From the NCBI GenBank assembly GCA_028714455.1, contig JAQTMG010000001.1, positions 128,568-192,567 on the forward strand: a stretch of DNA of 64,000 nt, in the 5' to 3' direction. Source of the DNA: Patescibacteria group bacterium. Lineage in GTDB: Bacteria > Patescibacteriota > Patescibacteriia > CAIXNZ01. Shown piece by piece: positions 9,474 to 20,113 of this stretch (its first letter is position 1; every line of letters begins with the position of its first letter). The position numbers and the translations under genes are program-made. The notes under the pieces were generated by a model that was given only the letters and a program-made list of their open reading frames with translations, did no database searches and had not been told where the DNA came from.

Positions 9474-9537
9474 TATTATTGTGTGAGCTACAACAAAAAT
9501 TTACATATTCTTGCAAAAATTATTAAGTAGTAGCTTT

Positions 9538-9789
9538 ATGGAGAAAGACCAGAAGTTTCTGGAGGGGGTCTGTCATATGCTCGTTGACCATCCGAACGAT
9601 TTTAAGGTCAAACGAAGCATTGATGATCGTGGAGTTCTATTAACCGTTGATGTTCATCCGAATGACCTGGGCATGCTTATCGGCAAAGAAGGCAGGAACA
9701 TATCTGCCCTGCGCCACTTGGTGAGAATGGTGGGTTTTCAAAAAAAGGCTTTTGTGAACGTGAAACTTAACCAGCCAGAAAGAGCATAG
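9538..9789 (+). CDS. khpA: KH-domain RNA-binding protein (UPF0109/KhpA-like)
   Basis: LVDHPNDFKV...LLTVDVHPNDLGMLIGKEGRNISALRHLV is KH-type with a GxxG loop. The product is about 84 aa, starting from the ATG at 9538. Confidence 0.75.
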   Translation: MEKDQKFLEGVCHMLVDHPNDFKVKRSIDDRGVLLTVDVHPNDLGMLIGKEGRNISALRHLVRMVGFQKKAFVNVKLNQPERA

Positions 9790-9860
9790 TAAAAAAACGT
9801 TAAAGATTGTCCTGGGAAGAAGCGAATAGTGCTGATGTAGAGTGGCTTCACATTCTTTTT

Positions 9861-11222
9861 TTATAAATCGTAGACTTCCTCGTAGCTTGGAGAGCGGGCG
9901 GAAATTCCTAAATCGTTGATGATTTTTTTCTTTAGAACCTCGGCAGATTTTTTTTCCGCCTGAACAGTAAAAACCATTTTTAATGGTTTTTTTATTTTAT
10001 CTATGAATTCAAGGATTTGTTTTTGGTCGGCGTGGGCCGAGTAGCCGCCAATGGCCCGGCTCTCAATTTTATTTTTTATATCTTCGCCCATAATGCGAAC
10101 AATCGGCATGCCTTCCAAGATCTTTCTGCCCAGAGTACCTTCAACCTGAAAACCGATTATCAGAAACATATTGTTGGGGTTGGCCAGATACAACTTTTCA
10201 TGATAAAGAATTCGGCCGCCCGTTGACATGCCCGAACCGGCCACAATTATTTTAGGCGCCTTGACTTTGTTGATCGCTTTTGATTGCTCCCGACTGGGAG
10301 TAAACTCAAGCCCCGGAAAAGCGAAAATATCATCGCCCGATTTTATTACGTACTGCGCCTCTTTATTGAAATAATCTTGATGTTTTTTGTAAACGTCCGT
10401 AATTCTTATGGCCAGCGGGCTGTCGATAAAAATCGGAACTCGGCTGATTTTTTTATTCTCAACAAAGTCGTTGAGTTCGTACAGGAGTTCTTGCGTGCGC
10501 TCCAGAGCGAAAGAGGGCACTAGGAGTATTCCTTTTCTGTTAATGGCGTCGCTGATGGCTTTTTGTAAAAGCTGTTTCCTTATATCACGATCTTCGTGAA
10601 CTCTATCCCCATAAGCCGAATCAATGACTAAATAATCCGTTTTATCTATTTTGGCAGGGGGATTTAAGAGCGGTGTCGGCGGGTTACCCAAGTCGCCGGT
10701 GAAAACAATTTTTGCTTTATTTTTTCCCTCGCTTAAATAAAGTTCAATCATACTGGAGCCGAGTATGTGCCCGGAGTCTCTTAGCGTAAATTCAATGTCC
10801 TGGTTGAATTTTATTCTGGTTTCATAAGGATGTGTTTCAACGAGCTCGAGCATGGATTTCAAGTCATCGATCCCATAGAGCGGTAAAACACCCCTCTCCT
10901 GATATTCTTCTTCCATGAGATGAACCGCGTCTGCCAGCGCGACTTCCATCAAGTCTCTAGTCGGCGGCGTACAAAATATTTTCCCTCGAAATCCATTTTT
11001 TACCAGTTTAGCCAGCCGACCGCAATGGTCGAGATGAGAATGGGTAATAAAAACACAGTCGATTGTTTTTGGATCGTAGGGAAAAGGTAAGGAATTCAGC
11101 TCTATTAATTCGGGCGGACCCTGAAAAAGTCCGCAGTCAACCAGAACCTGGCTTTTACCCGCCTTGATTAAATAATTTGAACCGGTCACTACCTTGGCTC
11201 CGCCGTAGAAAAAAAGTTGCAT
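9861..11222 (-). CDS. beta-CASP family metallo-beta-lactamase ribonuclease (RNase J/CPSF-like)
   Basis: The 453-aa product has the HxHxDH motif (THSHLDHCG) and downstream beta-CASP Asp/His motifs. An extended -10 (TGCTATAAT) lies upstream on the minus strand at about 11259..11267. Confidence 0.8.
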   Translation of the reverse strand: MQLFFYGGAKVVTGSNYLIKAGKSQVLVDCGLFQGPPELIELNSLPFPYDPKTIDCVFITHSHLDHCGRLAKLVKNGFRGKIFCTPPTRDLMEVALADAVHLMEEEYQERGVLPLYGIDDLKSMLELVETHPYETRIKFNQDIEFTLRDSGHILGSSMIELYLSEGKNKAKIVFTGDLGNPPTPLLNPPAKIDKTDYLVIDSAYGDRVHEDRDIRKQLLQKAISDAINRKGILLVPSFALERTQELLYELNDFVENKKISRVPIFIDSPLAIRITDVYKKHQDYFNKEAQYVIKSGDDIFAFPGLEFTPSREQSKAINKVKAPKIIVAGSGMSTGGRILYHEKLYLANPNNMFLIIGFQVEGTLGRKILEGMPIVRIMGEDIKNKIESRAIGGYSAHADQKQILEFIDKIKKPLKMVFTVQAEKKSAEVLKKKIINDLGISARSPSYEEVYDL

Positions 11223-11269
11223 GGCTGATTGTTACTTATTGGAAATTCGTTGATAATATTATAGCATTT

Positions 11270-11303
11270 TCAAAAATAAAAGGGGCTTGCTTCGCAAGCC
11301 CCT
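11270..11303 (-). terminator. intrinsic terminator on the minus strand, ending an upstream short transcript
   Basis: Hairpin ggggcttgc-ttcg-gcaagcccc is followed on the minus strand by TTTTATTTTT. Confidence 0.6.
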
Positions 11304-11579
11304 GCGGAATCCGCGGTGCTGTCTTTGCCCACCTGGGCTTTTTCTAGGTCAATTTTCACCTCCTGAATTTTGCGATTTTCATCGCGTCCAGCTGCTTACG
11401 CGCCAGTGAATGGCCGCTGAAAGAGCTTCTCCATTAACACCTCCTTCGTTAATTTTTCGGCTCTCCTCGCCAAATCCGTTTTTGGCTAGATATCTGTCGG
11501 GCTGCTCATACTTTTTCCTCCTTTGATTTTAATTATACCTTGGTTAAAAAAAATCGCAACCGGCTCCAGACGATGGTGT

Positions 11580-11616
11580 GGAAAAATAAAAAACTCCCGC
11601 GTGGGAGTTTTTTAGT
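11580..11616 (-). terminator. rpsA terminator
   Basis: Hairpin ctccc-acgc-gggag with a T-run on the minus strand. Confidence 0.6.
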
Positions 11617-11622
11617 ATCTGA

Positions 11623-12837
11623 TTATTTTTTCGCTGTTTTCTTTTTGGCACTTTCTTTCTTCACTGGTTTTTCTTTTTTAGGCTCTGGCTTCTCTTTCTT
11701 TTCTTTTTCCTCTTTTGCCTCCGGCTTGCTTTCCTGCTTAGACTTTTCTTTAAGTGATTTTAGGCTCAAACCCAGGCGATGGTTTTCTGGCTCCACGGAA
11801 ATAACTTTGAATTTTAACGTCTCGCCAGCCTTGGCGATTTCATTGACGTCCGTAATTGGTTTTTCTGACAATTCGGAGATATGGGCCAAGCCGTGAATAT
11901 CTGAATCCAGTTCGACAAAGAGTCCAAACGGGTTTACTTTGAGAACCTTGCCGCTGACCACGTCGCCGGCTTTATATTTTTTTTCAATATTTTTCCACGG
12001 ATCGCCTTTTAGCTTTTTCATCGAGAGAAATATCTTAGTGCCTTCTATCTTTATTATTTCCGCGTCAACCGCGTCTCCAACTTTCACAAACTCGCGCGGG
12101 TCATCTATCCTCTGCCAGGCGATTTCTGAAATATGGACGAGGCCTTCCATCTTATCCCCAAATTCCACAAAGGCGCCGAAGTCCGTGACAGCGGTAATCT
12201 TGCCCTTTACTTTGTCGCCGACTTTGAATTTCGAGACTGCTTTTTCTTGAGCTTCGGCCCAGGCGGCTTTCTCGGAGACGATCAGTTTTTCATCACGCTC
12301 ATCAACGTCGATAACCTTGACCTGAAGCAGTTGGCCGACGAACTTTTTTAAAAATTCCAGTATCTTGTTTTTATCGCCGCCTTCAACGCGGGGGTAATGC
12401 TCGGGAATTAGCTGGGAAACTGGCAGAAAACCAGCGGTGTGATCGAGCTTAATCATCAGACCGCCCTTGTTGGCGTCAGTAACTTTGGCCATGATAACTT
12501 CGCCTTTGGCCATCAAGTCTCGCAGAGAATTCCAAGCTTTTTGCTGACCGGCAAAACGGAAAGACAATTCAAGTTCTCCGTTCTCATTTTCAAGTTCTAC
12601 CACCGTTGCCTCGACAGTGTCGCCGACTTTGAGTCCGCCGTATTCATCTGATTCATTATAAAGTTCGCGGCCGCGGATGACGCCAGTTTTGACGCCGCCA
12701 ATATCGAGGCGCACCTCGCTTTTTGAGGCGTTAATTACTTTGCCCTTAACCACTTCGCCTGCTTTTGGCAATGTAAAATATTTTGGGTCAGAAATTAGTT
12801 TGGCGAATTCCGAATTTTTAGTGTCTTTAATAGACAT
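11623..12837 (-). CDS. rpsA: 30S ribosomal protein S1
   Basis: Four S1/OB repeats (GxV.G.V...G.FV.L..G..GL.HISE pattern) and a Lys/Glu-rich C-terminal tail. The product is 404 aa. Confidence 0.85.
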   Translation of the reverse strand: MSIKDTKNSEFAKLISDPKYFTLPKAGEVVKGKVINASKSEVRLDIGGVKTGVIRGRELYNESDEYGGLKVGDTVEATVVELENENGELELSFRFAGQQKAWNSLRDLMAKGEVIMAKVTDANKGGLMIKLDHTAGFLPVSQLIPEHYPRVEGGDKNKILEFLKKFVGQLLQVKVIDVDERDEKLIVSEKAAWAEAQEKAVSKFKVGDKVKGKITAVTDFGAFVEFGDKMEGLVHISEIAWQRIDDPREFVKVGDAVDAEIIKIEGTKIFLSMKKLKGDPWKNIEKKYKAGDVVSGKVLKVNPFGLFVELDSDIHGLAHISELSEKPITDVNEIAKAGETLKFKVISVEPENHRLGLSLKSLKEKSKQESKPEAKEEKEKKEKPEPKKEKPVKKESAKKKTAKK

Positions 12838-13009
12838 ATTTTATCCTTATAAAATAAAGAATTCTCCTTAAACGGGAGAAGTTTATTTAAGGTTAACCCG
12901 CAAAAGTCTTGTGAGATGACCTTGCAAGTCCCCTCATTTAGAGAGGGGTGTTAATTAAGGTTTTCAAATGGTATTTAGGATTTTAACTCAAGTAAAAATT
13001 ATTGTCAAG

Positions 13010-14005
13010 CTAGGTTTTTTTCAATTTGGTTAGCATGGCCCTTAATTCCGCGGATTGTTTTTGGGTCAGATTCGGATTTTTTGATAGAGTTTCAATAAAA
13101 CTAATTATTTGCGGAACGTATTCCTTGGGTGGGTTTTGCGTTATCAGCCTTAAGTGATCCATGATCTCAATTATTTTTGCCTGGTTATTGTTTTGTATAG
13201 TCTGATCTTGGAATGCGTTTTGGCTTTGTAATAAATTTAATATTTGTTGCTGCTTATTTTTCTCGCTAGCATTGCCGATCGCGATTAAAAATAAAATTAT
13301 AAAAAGCGCTATTATTATTTTTCTTTTATGTCTTCGCCAAAACGACTTTTTGGCGGGTTTTTGTTCTTCTTTGCTTTTTTCTAACGGAAGCGGCGCTGCT
13401 TGGGTGGCTACGTGTTCCTGGTCCTTGGCTAGATTGGCATTGGCTTGGGCGAGTTCCTCCCTTTTTAATTTAGCGCGAATTAGATTGGTTTGTTCACTTA
13501 ACACTTTATAAACTTTAATCTGTTCAGGAACACCCTTGAGCCGTCGATAACCGATTTCTGCGGTGGGTATTTCATTTTTGTTCATGGCCAGATAAACCGC
13601 TTCAGTGAAATACACCTCGTTTGGCTCGGCGATGCTCTCAATGCGGGAAGCGATATTAACTGGTTCCCCGAAAATATCATTATCCTTAATATTAACCTCA
13701 CCCAAGTTAACAGCGATTCTTACGTCAATCTGATCGGTCGTAGCCGCGCGGGCGTTGTGATTTAAAATATTTTCCTGGATTTTCATGCCACAAAGTACCG
13801 CGTCTGTCGGACTTTCAAAAGTGACTAAAAAAGCATCGCCAATGGTTTTAACAATGTGGCCGTCGAAAAGATTTATGGCTGGTTTTATCAATTCATCTTG
13901 CAGTTCGAGCAGATGGTGTAATTGCTCGCGTGAGTGAGTAGCGGCTTTAGCCGTAAAGCCTTTCATGTCCGTGAACATGATGGTCAGATTTTTGGTTTGA
14001 ATCAT
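13010..14005 (-). CDS. class III adenylate/guanylate cyclase catalytic domain protein with a C-terminal TM segment and an extracytoplasmic tail
   Basis: The N-terminal CHD motifs are MFTDMKGFT, GDAFLVTF and GEPVNIASRIE. A TM helix (IIIALFIILFLIAIG) follows, and then a Gln/Asn-rich region. Confidence 0.75.
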   Translation of the reverse strand: MIQTKNLTIMFTDMKGFTAKAATHSREQLHHLLELQDELIKPAINLFDGHIVKTIGDAFLVTFESPTDAVLCGMKIQENILNHNARAATTDQIDVRIAVNLGEVNIKDNDIFGEPVNIASRIESIAEPNEVYFTEAVYLAMNKNEIPTAEIGYRRLKGVPEQIKVYKVLSEQTNLIRAKLKREELAQANANLAKDQEHVATQAAPLPLEKSKEEQKPAKKSFWRRHKRKIIIALFIILFLIAIGNASEKNKQQQILNLLQSQNAFQDQTIQNNNQAKIIEIMDHLRLITQNPPKEYVPQIISFIETLSKNPNLTQKQSAELRAMLTKLKKT

Positions 14006-14157
14006 ATTTTTAGGTTTGAACCCATTATAAACAATTCATGATTTTAATCAATATTTATTGGTTTTGAAGGCTTTATTTTTTTCTGCCTTCGTGCTAAGGT
14101 TGAGGAATTCGATAAATGTAAATAATTGAACTTTAACAATAAATAAAGGAGGGTAAT

Positions 14158-15585
14158 GTGGAAATAATTTTAGACATGCTGGATATTGAACAGAGGAGCG
14201 GTATTTTTCAAGTGCCTCCGAGCGCGAAAAGATTGGGAGCTTTTAAATCCAGTTATGGGAACAGGAACGCGTTCAAAAGAGGCATTATTAATTTGCCGTG
14301 CATTATTGAAGGAGAGAGATATTTCCGGAGTGGGATTGAAAAAAGATTAGTTTTGCATTATTCCACGGTAAGGAAATTATGCGAGTCTGGGTTGTTGCGG
14401 TCGCTAACAAAATCCAAATCGAATGGATTTTTGCCTTTGGCTAAAAAACCAATTTCTCCACTCTCGATAGCTCAAACTTTGAGCTGGCTCCTGGGGGTTC
14501 CCATTGAAGAGATCCTGAAAAATAGGTTCGTTTTTAAGTCAGGAAAATTTGCCAGCCTGACGGCAAAAGAGAGGGTGAAGATTTTATTTCAAGCCTATCG
14601 CGGTTGTGAATGGTTTGAAAAATTTCTCACCAGGCAAGAAAAACATCTTGAATTTTTAAAGAAAAAAAAGCTGATGGTCGAACGGCCAATCACAAGAAGT
14701 CATATCGAAGATTGGTTTACGCTTGGCTTTGATTATCGAATCTGTCAAAATTTGATTAAAAACGGCCTTATTATTCCTGAAGGTAGATTCAAAAATAAAA
14801 GCATGCATAATTACATCGACCTGGAAGCCTTTGCGCAGCTTCTTTCACTAATCACCGGAGTTGAATACGAAGAAATATTTTGTCAGGGCTACAGCTCGGC
14901 CTTAAAAGCGATGGCTGATAAATTTGTCGTAAGCCGTTTAAGGCCATTTATGCTAGAAATGAAGATTAAGCCCTCAAAACTTTTCACAATAGCCGAAGCA
15001 GGCAAGCTTCTGGGGATTTCTTATCAAACTCTTTTTTCGGCGCTAAAGCGGGGCTTTATTAAGAATTTTCCCGAGGGACAAAACACGGCAAAAATACTTG
15101 GCGTTGATTTGGCCATCTATGGCATTAAGCATAAATGGGGCAATATTCTAATTTTCCGGCAGGCCGATGTCTTAAATATTTTCGGCGTACAGGGAAATGT
15201 TAATTTAAGAAAACTTGGAGTCTTAAGTTCTCCAGAAGGAACTTATTCCAAGCACCATTATGTCTTTCCGCTTTACGACAAAGTAGCGGAAGTTGCCCGG
15301 GAGAAATATTTCAGTGATTCAAAAAATCAAGACTTGCTATTCCTCGTCGGTAGGAGCAATTTAGTGGTTTGTGTTGATGGGGCCGCGAAAGAAAATTTTC
15401 TCCAGACTTACGACTTAGATATTTTTGATGAAGATTCAGAATCTTGGTTAGAGATGCAGCTCGCCAGGCCCGAGTCGATAGGTGAAAAGGAGATAATCAC
15501 GCGAGATTTGGTGATTACCATTTCCCCAAAAGATCCTAATGTTGATTTCGCCAAGGTTAAATCGTTTAAATTAAGGATTGATTAA
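14158..15585 (+). CDS. hypothetical 475-aa protein with several helix-turn-helix-like segments
   Basis: A GTG start follows an aaggagggtaat Shine-Dalgarno sequence. The segment IAEAGKLLGISYQTLFSALKRGFIK and others resemble HTH_17/excisionase-type motifs. A terminator lies at 15588..15621. Confidence 0.5.
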   Translation: MEIILDMLDIEQRSGIFQVPPSAKRLGAFKSSYGNRNAFKRGIINLPCIIEGERYFRSGIEKRLVLHYSTVRKLCESGLLRSLTKSKSNGFLPLAKKPISPLSIAQTLSWLLGVPIEEILKNRFVFKSGKFASLTAKERVKILFQAYRGCEWFEKFLTRQEKHLEFLKKKKLMVERPITRSHIEDWFTLGFDYRICQNLIKNGLIIPEGRFKNKSMHNYIDLEAFAQLLSLITGVEYEEIFCQGYSSALKAMADKFVVSRLRPFMLEMKIKPSKLFTIAEAGKLLGISYQTLFSALKRGFIKNFPEGQNTAKILGVDLAIYGIKHKWGNILIFRQADVLNIFGVQGNVNLRKLGVLSSPEGTYSKHHYVFPLYDKVAEVAREKYFSDSKNQDLLFLVGRSNLVVCVDGAAKENFLQTYDLDIFDEDSESWLEMQLARPESIGEKEIITRDLVITISPKDPNVDFAKVKSFKLRID

Positions 15586-15587
15586 CC

Positions 15588-15621
15588 GCCAAGAGGCACA
15601 AATTTGTGCCTCTTTTTTATA
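15588..15621 (+). terminator. intrinsic terminator
   Basis: Hairpin aagaggcaca-aatt-tgtgcctctt followed by a T-run. Confidence 0.7.
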
Positions 15622-15715
15622 ACTTTTTCTGTTGCAGACTTCGTTTTTTTATGCTAAAATATTAGTAGCAAAGTGAATAACTTTGTTTTATTATTTAATA
15701 CTTAAATATCAAAAT

Positions 15716-16354
15716 ATGACCATTTTTTGGCTCGGTCATTCAGCCTTCAAAATTCAAGACAAAGAGGTGACCGTAGCCGTTGATCCGTACGGCGCCGGTG
15801 CCAAGATGCCAAAATTCGGCGCCGAGATCCTGTTGATTACTCACGCTCATCTCGATCACAATAACAAGGAGGCCATCAAAGGCGAGCCTTTTTTAATTGA
15901 CGGACCCGGCGAATACGAAGTTAAAAATGTTTTTGTCTACGGTATTAATTCTTATCACGACAATAAGCAGGGAGCCGAGAGGGGCAAAAACAACATTTTT
16001 TTAATAGAGATGGAAGGAATAAAAGTGGCTCACCTGGGTGATTTCGGACAAGACAGCCTGACCGATGAACAGCTGGAGATGCTGGAGGGAGTTGATGTGC
16101 TTTTAATTCCTGTCGGCGGCAACGTGACCATTGATGGCGAACAGGCAGTCAAAATTATCAGTCAGCTTCAGCCCAGAATCGTCATTCCGATGCACTATAA
16201 AGAGGCGGGCGTTTTCACCAAGCTTGAGCCAGTTGATAAATTTTTGAAAGAATTTGGCAGTACCAACCCGGAAAAAATGGATAAGCTAAAAATTAATAAG
16301 AGGGAGGATTTGCCCCAGGAAGAAACAAAAGTTATTCTTTTAAGTAAATCTTAA
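15716..16354 (+). CDS. MBL-fold metal-dependent hydrolase (UPF0173-like)
   Basis: MTIFWLGHSAFKI...LITHAHLDHNN has an H.H.DH zinc-binding motif. The start is taken as the ATG at 15716. Confidence 0.7.
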   Translation: MTIFWLGHSAFKIQDKEVTVAVDPYGAGAKMPKFGAEILLITHAHLDHNNKEAIKGEPFLIDGPGEYEVKNVFVYGINSYHDNKQGAERGKNNIFLIEMEGIKVAHLGDFGQDSLTDEQLEMLEGVDVLLIPVGGNVTIDGEQAVKIISQLQPRIVIPMHYKEAGVFTKLEPVDKFLKEFGSTNPEKMDKLKINKREDLPQEETKVILLSKS

Positions 16355-16357
16355 GTC

Positions 16358-16897
16358 ATGGCAGGAAAAAAAAGTTTGAAAATAAAAAAACCGGTCAAGG
16401 TTAGACGAGGTGTTAAGAAGGGTGGCGGCCAGACAGAAGGTTTTTACGGACAAGTAATGGCCGAGCCTACAAATTTTGGTCCGGCTGCCGCAGCTGATCT
16501 AGTAGGGGAAAGACTTGAAGATGTAGATGAGAATTTTATTTATTTTGAAAACAGAAAAAAAGATAAGAGTCAGAAGAGAAAAATGCGGCTAGTCTACGCC
16601 GGAGTTTTCGGTCTCACGGCCGTGATTATGATATTTTGGTTATTAAACGTTAGAGAAGGTTTCGGCAAGGGGCTGGGGAATCCAAATTCCAGTCAGGATT
16701 TGTCAGCGATCGTCGGCACCCTACAAAATGCTCTTGGAAATTTTAGTCAGGCCATCGGTTTGCAAAAACAAGCCGCCGACAATTTTTTACAAGCGACAGA
16801 AAACATTATCATCGAAGAGAAAGTTAAAAATGATATTACCGAGCAAATGAAAAACCAGATTGAGGGTAGTCAAAATTTGAATTTAACAACTAATTAA
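16358..16897 (+). CDS. hypothetical membrane protein (single TM)
   Basis: A basic N-terminus and one hydrophobic helix (LVYAGVFGLTAVIMIFWLL). Translationally close to the downstream gyrA. Confidence 0.5.
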   Translation: MAGKKSLKIKKPVKVRRGVKKGGGQTEGFYGQVMAEPTNFGPAAAADLVGERLEDVDENFIYFENRKKDKSQKRKMRLVYAGVFGLTAVIMIFWLLNVREGFGKGLGNPNSSQDLSAIVGTLQNALGNFSQAIGLQKQAADNFLQATENIIIEEKVKNDITEQMKNQIEGSQNLNLTTN

Positions 16898-16906
16898 AGA
16901 TTAAAT

Positions 16907-19447
16907 ATGGTAGCGAAAAATAAAAGTAATAAGAAATTCAAGAAAATTTCAGGCAAAAAAGTTAAAAAAAATGAAACTTCAGAAGAATTAGAAAAATCAG
17001 GCGCTCCTATCGCCAGCCAAATTGAGCAAAGGTCTCTTGTCGATGAAATGCAAGAGTCATATTTGGATTATGCCATGTCAGTTATCGTGGCCCGCGCCTT
17101 GCCAGATGTACGCGATGGTTTAAAGCCGGTTCACCGTAGAATTTTATATGCCATGTGGGATGTGGGCTTGAAACCTTCGGCTAAATTCAGAAAATCAGCT
17201 ACCATCGTCGGTGAAGTTTTGGGTAAATATCATCCTCACGGCGATTCTTCCGTCTACGAATCCATGGTCAGAATGGCCCAAGATTTTTCCATGCGCTATC
17301 CATTAGTTTGGGGCCAAGGCAACTTTGGTTCCATGGATGGCGACAGGGCTGCTGCTTATCGTTATACCGAGGCCAAATTAAAGGGTATTGCCGAGGAAAT
17401 GCTTTTGGATATTGATAAAGACACGGTTAACTTTGTGCCAAATTTTGATGGCTCGCATAATGAACCCTTGGTTTTGCCAGCGAAATTACCTAATCTGCTT
17501 TTGAATGGTACTATGGGCATTGCCGTTGGCATGGCCACTGACATTCCGCCTCATAATTTAACCGAATTGTGCGACGGTATTACCCACCTGATCGATTATC
17601 CCAAAGCCACTGTTGAAGATTTGATGAAGTTTATCAAGGGCCCTGATTTTCCAACCGGCGGCATTATCTACGATGTGAAAGAAATTCAACGCGCTTACGC
17701 GACGGGCAAGGGAGCCATTGTTATGCGCGCCAAAGCCGAGATCATGGAAGATAAAGGCGGCAAATTTAAAATAATCGTGACCGAGATTCCTTACCGCGTG
17801 AACAAAGCCGAGTTGATTGAAAAAATCGCTGACTTGGTGCGCGACAAAAAAATCAAAGACATTAAGGACTTACGCGATGAGTCATCAAAAGAAGGCGTGA
17901 GAATCGTGATCGAACTTAAAAAGGATTCTTATCCCAAGAAAATTTTAAACCAATTATATAAGCTGACTTCTTTGCAGGATACTTTTCATGTTAATGCTTT
18001 GGCTCTAATTGACGGCTTACAACCCAGAGTTTTAACTTTAAAAATGATTTTGGAAGAATACGTGAAACACCGCGAAGTGGTGATTAGGCGCAGAACCGAA
18101 TTTGAATTAAGAAAAGCTAAAGAGCGCGCTCACATCTTGGAGGGCTTGGTTAAGGCGCTTAATAACATAGACGCCGTCATCTCAACTATCAAGAAATCAA
18201 AAGATAAAGATGAGGCCAGGGTAAATTTGATGAAGAAGTTCAAATTTACTGAAATTCAGGCCACTGCCATCCTGGAAATGCGGCTCCAACAGTTAGCTAA
18301 TCTGGAAAGGCAGAAATTAATTGATGAGTTGAAGGAAATTAAGAAATTAATTGAGGAATTGGAAGGCATCTTGAAATCAAGAACAAAGATTTTAAATATC
18401 ATCAAAAAAGATTTGGCGCAAATTAGAGAAAAGTATGGTGATGAGCGCCGAACAGAGATTGTTAAATCACCAGTCGGAGAATTTTCAGTTAAAGATTTGA
18501 TTCCCAATGAACCGACTATCGTGGTGGTGACTCGCGACGGTTACATCAAGCGCATGCCGCCAGAAACATTTAAGACGCAAGCACGCGGCGGCAAGGGCGT
18601 GATGGGTTTAACTACAAAAGAAGAAGATATCGTGGAACATTTTTTCACCACCAATACTCACGCTGACTTATTATTCTTTACCACCAGCGGTCGCGTCTTC
18701 CAACTAAAAGCCTTTGAAGTCCCGCAAGCGGCTAGAACTGCCAAAGGTCAGGCTTTAGTTAACTTTTTACAACTAGCACCGCACGAAAATGTTACTTCTG
18801 TCTTGGATCTGGCTGATTTAACTGGTTATAAATATCTGGTTCTGGTGACTAAAAAAGGTTTGATTAAAAAAGTTGATATTACCGAAATCACCAAGGTCAG
18901 AAAGAGCGGTTTGATTGCCATCAAATTAAAATCAGGAGACATCTTGCTTTATGCCAAACCATCCAGCGGCGTTGATGAAGTAGTTTTGGTAACTAATGAC
19001 GGCATGTCAGTGCGCTTTAGGGAAAAAGATATAAGGCCGATGGGCCGAGCAGCCGCCGGCGTGCGCGGTATCCGCCTGAAAGGCGCTGACTTTGTAGTGC
19101 GCATGGATATCAATGAAAAAGGCATGAAAGACGCCAACTTAGATTTATTGGTGGTGATGAAAAATGGTTATGGTAAACGTTCTGGCATAAATTCTTATAG
19201 ATTGCAGAGCCGCGGTGGCACAGGTATTAAGACGGCCAAGATTACTGAAAAGACTGGCAAAATTATTGGCGCGCGCTTGATTAATAATAAAGATTTGGAT
19301 CGCGACATGATAATTATTTCAGAAAAGGGCCAGGTGATTAGATTGCCGCTCAAGAGCGTCAGCCACTTGGGTCGCGCCACTCAAGGCGTGCGCCTGATGA
19401 GCTTCAAGGAAAAGGGCGATAGGGTGGCTAGCGTAACATTAGTTTAA
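16907..19447 (+). CDS. gyrA: DNA gyrase subunit A
   Basis: [29 protein letters not shown] contains the active-site Tyr region. The C-terminal beta-pinwheel repeats are present. Confidence 0.9.
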   Translation: MVAKNKSNKKFKKISGKKVKKNETSEELEKSGAPIASQIEQRSLVDEMQESYLDYAMSVIVARALPDVRDGLKPVHRRILYAMWDVGLKPSAKFRKSATIVGEVLGKYHPHGDSSVYESMVRMAQDFSMRYPLVWGQGNFGSMDGDRAAAYRYTEAKLKGIAEEMLLDIDKDTVNFVPNFDGSHNEPLVLPAKLPNLLLNGTMGIAVGMATDIPPHNLTELCDGITHLIDYPKATVEDLMKFIKGPDFPTGGIIYDVKEIQRAYATGKGAIVMRAKAEIMEDKGGKFKIIVTEIPYRVNKAELIEKIADLVRDKKIKDIKDLRDESSKEGVRIVIELKKDSYPKKILNQLYKLTSLQDTFHVNALALIDGLQPRVLTLKMILEEYVKHREVVIRRRTEFELRKAKERAHILEGLVKALNNIDAVISTIKKSKDKDEARVNLMKKFKFTEIQATAILEMRLQQLANLERQKLIDELKEIKKLIEELEGILKSRTKILNIIKKDLAQIREKYGDERRTEIVKSPVGEFSVKDLIPNEPTIVVVTRDGYIKRMPPETFKTQARGGKGVMGLTTKEEDIVEHFFTTNTHADLLFFTTSGRVFQLKAFEVPQAARTAKGQALVNFLQLAPHENVTSVLDLADLTGYKYLVLVTKKGLIKKVDITEITKVRKSGLIAIKLKSGDILLYAKPSSGVDEVVLVTNDGMSVRFREKDIRPMGRAAAGVRGIRLKGADFVVRMDINEKGMKDANLDLLVVMKNGYGKRSGINSYRLQSRGGTGIKTAKITEKTGKIIGARLINNKDLDRDMIIISEKGQVIRLPLKSVSHLGRATQGVRLMSFKEKGDRVASVTLV

Positions 19448-19454
19448 TTGAAAT

Positions 19455-19490
19455 AGAAAAGAGGGTGCTTGCGCATCCTCTTTTGATTCT
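19455..19490. terminator. intrinsic terminator
   Basis: Hairpin agagggtgc-ttgc-gcatcctct followed by a T-run. Confidence 0.55.
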
Positions 19491-19493
19491 GAA

Positions 19494-19727
19494 TTAGTCG
19501 TCATCGATAGAAAGATCTTGTTGCGAAAAATAGCCCGAGGGCAAGTGCTGTACGTTCAGTTTTTTTTCGATTGCACGTAGGCCATCCTCTTGGCCGATAA
19601 TCCAGTATTTGCCCCCATCTTTTGTCTTTAGGCCAATGTGTAATAAACAATGAAATTCATTTGCCAGATCCGCGAGTCTTTTTTCCATATTCTCTCCCGG
19701 CTCTTCATGAAATCTAAGGCTCGCCAT
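19494..19727 (-). CDS. hypothetical small protein
   Basis: A 77-aa ORF. Confidence 0.4.
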   Translation of the reverse strand: MASLRFHEEPGENMEKRLADLANEFHCLLHIGLKTKDGGKYWIIGQEDGLRAIEKKLNVQHLPSGYFSQQDLSIDDD

Positions 19728-19870
19728 TTTTTCCTCCTTTAATTTTGATTTTTTAGCTTATCAAAGATTATTAATCTTGTCAATATTCAAAGCTTTTCTC
19801 TTGAATAAATTTTGGAAATAAGCTACAATATTCTTAATTCTAAATTCATAATTCATAATTCCAATTAATT

Positions 19871-20113
19871 ATGTCAGTACCAGCGAAAAGACGAGCCAGC
19901 AGTTCAAAGAGGAGAAGAGCGGCGCACTTTGCTCTAGAGGCGACCAGAACTTCATCGTGTTCAAAATGCGGCAAGCAGATTTTACCACACAGAGTCTGCC
20001 CGTATTGCGGTTCCTACAAAGGCAAGGAGTATCTCAAATCAAAATTGGACAAAAAAGAAGAGAAAAAATTAAAAAAACAAAAAGCTCAAGCCGCCGAAAA
20101 ACAGGGTAAGTAG
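19871..20113 (+). CDS. rpmF: 50S ribosomal protein L32
   Basis: MSVPAKRRASSSKRRRAAHFAL...CSKCG...HRVCPYCGSYKG shows the L32 zinc-ribbon signature. Confidence 0.85.
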   Translation: MSVPAKRRASSSKRRRAAHFALEATRTSSCSKCGKQILPHRVCPYCGSYKGKEYLKSKLDKKEEKKLKKQKAQAAEKQGK

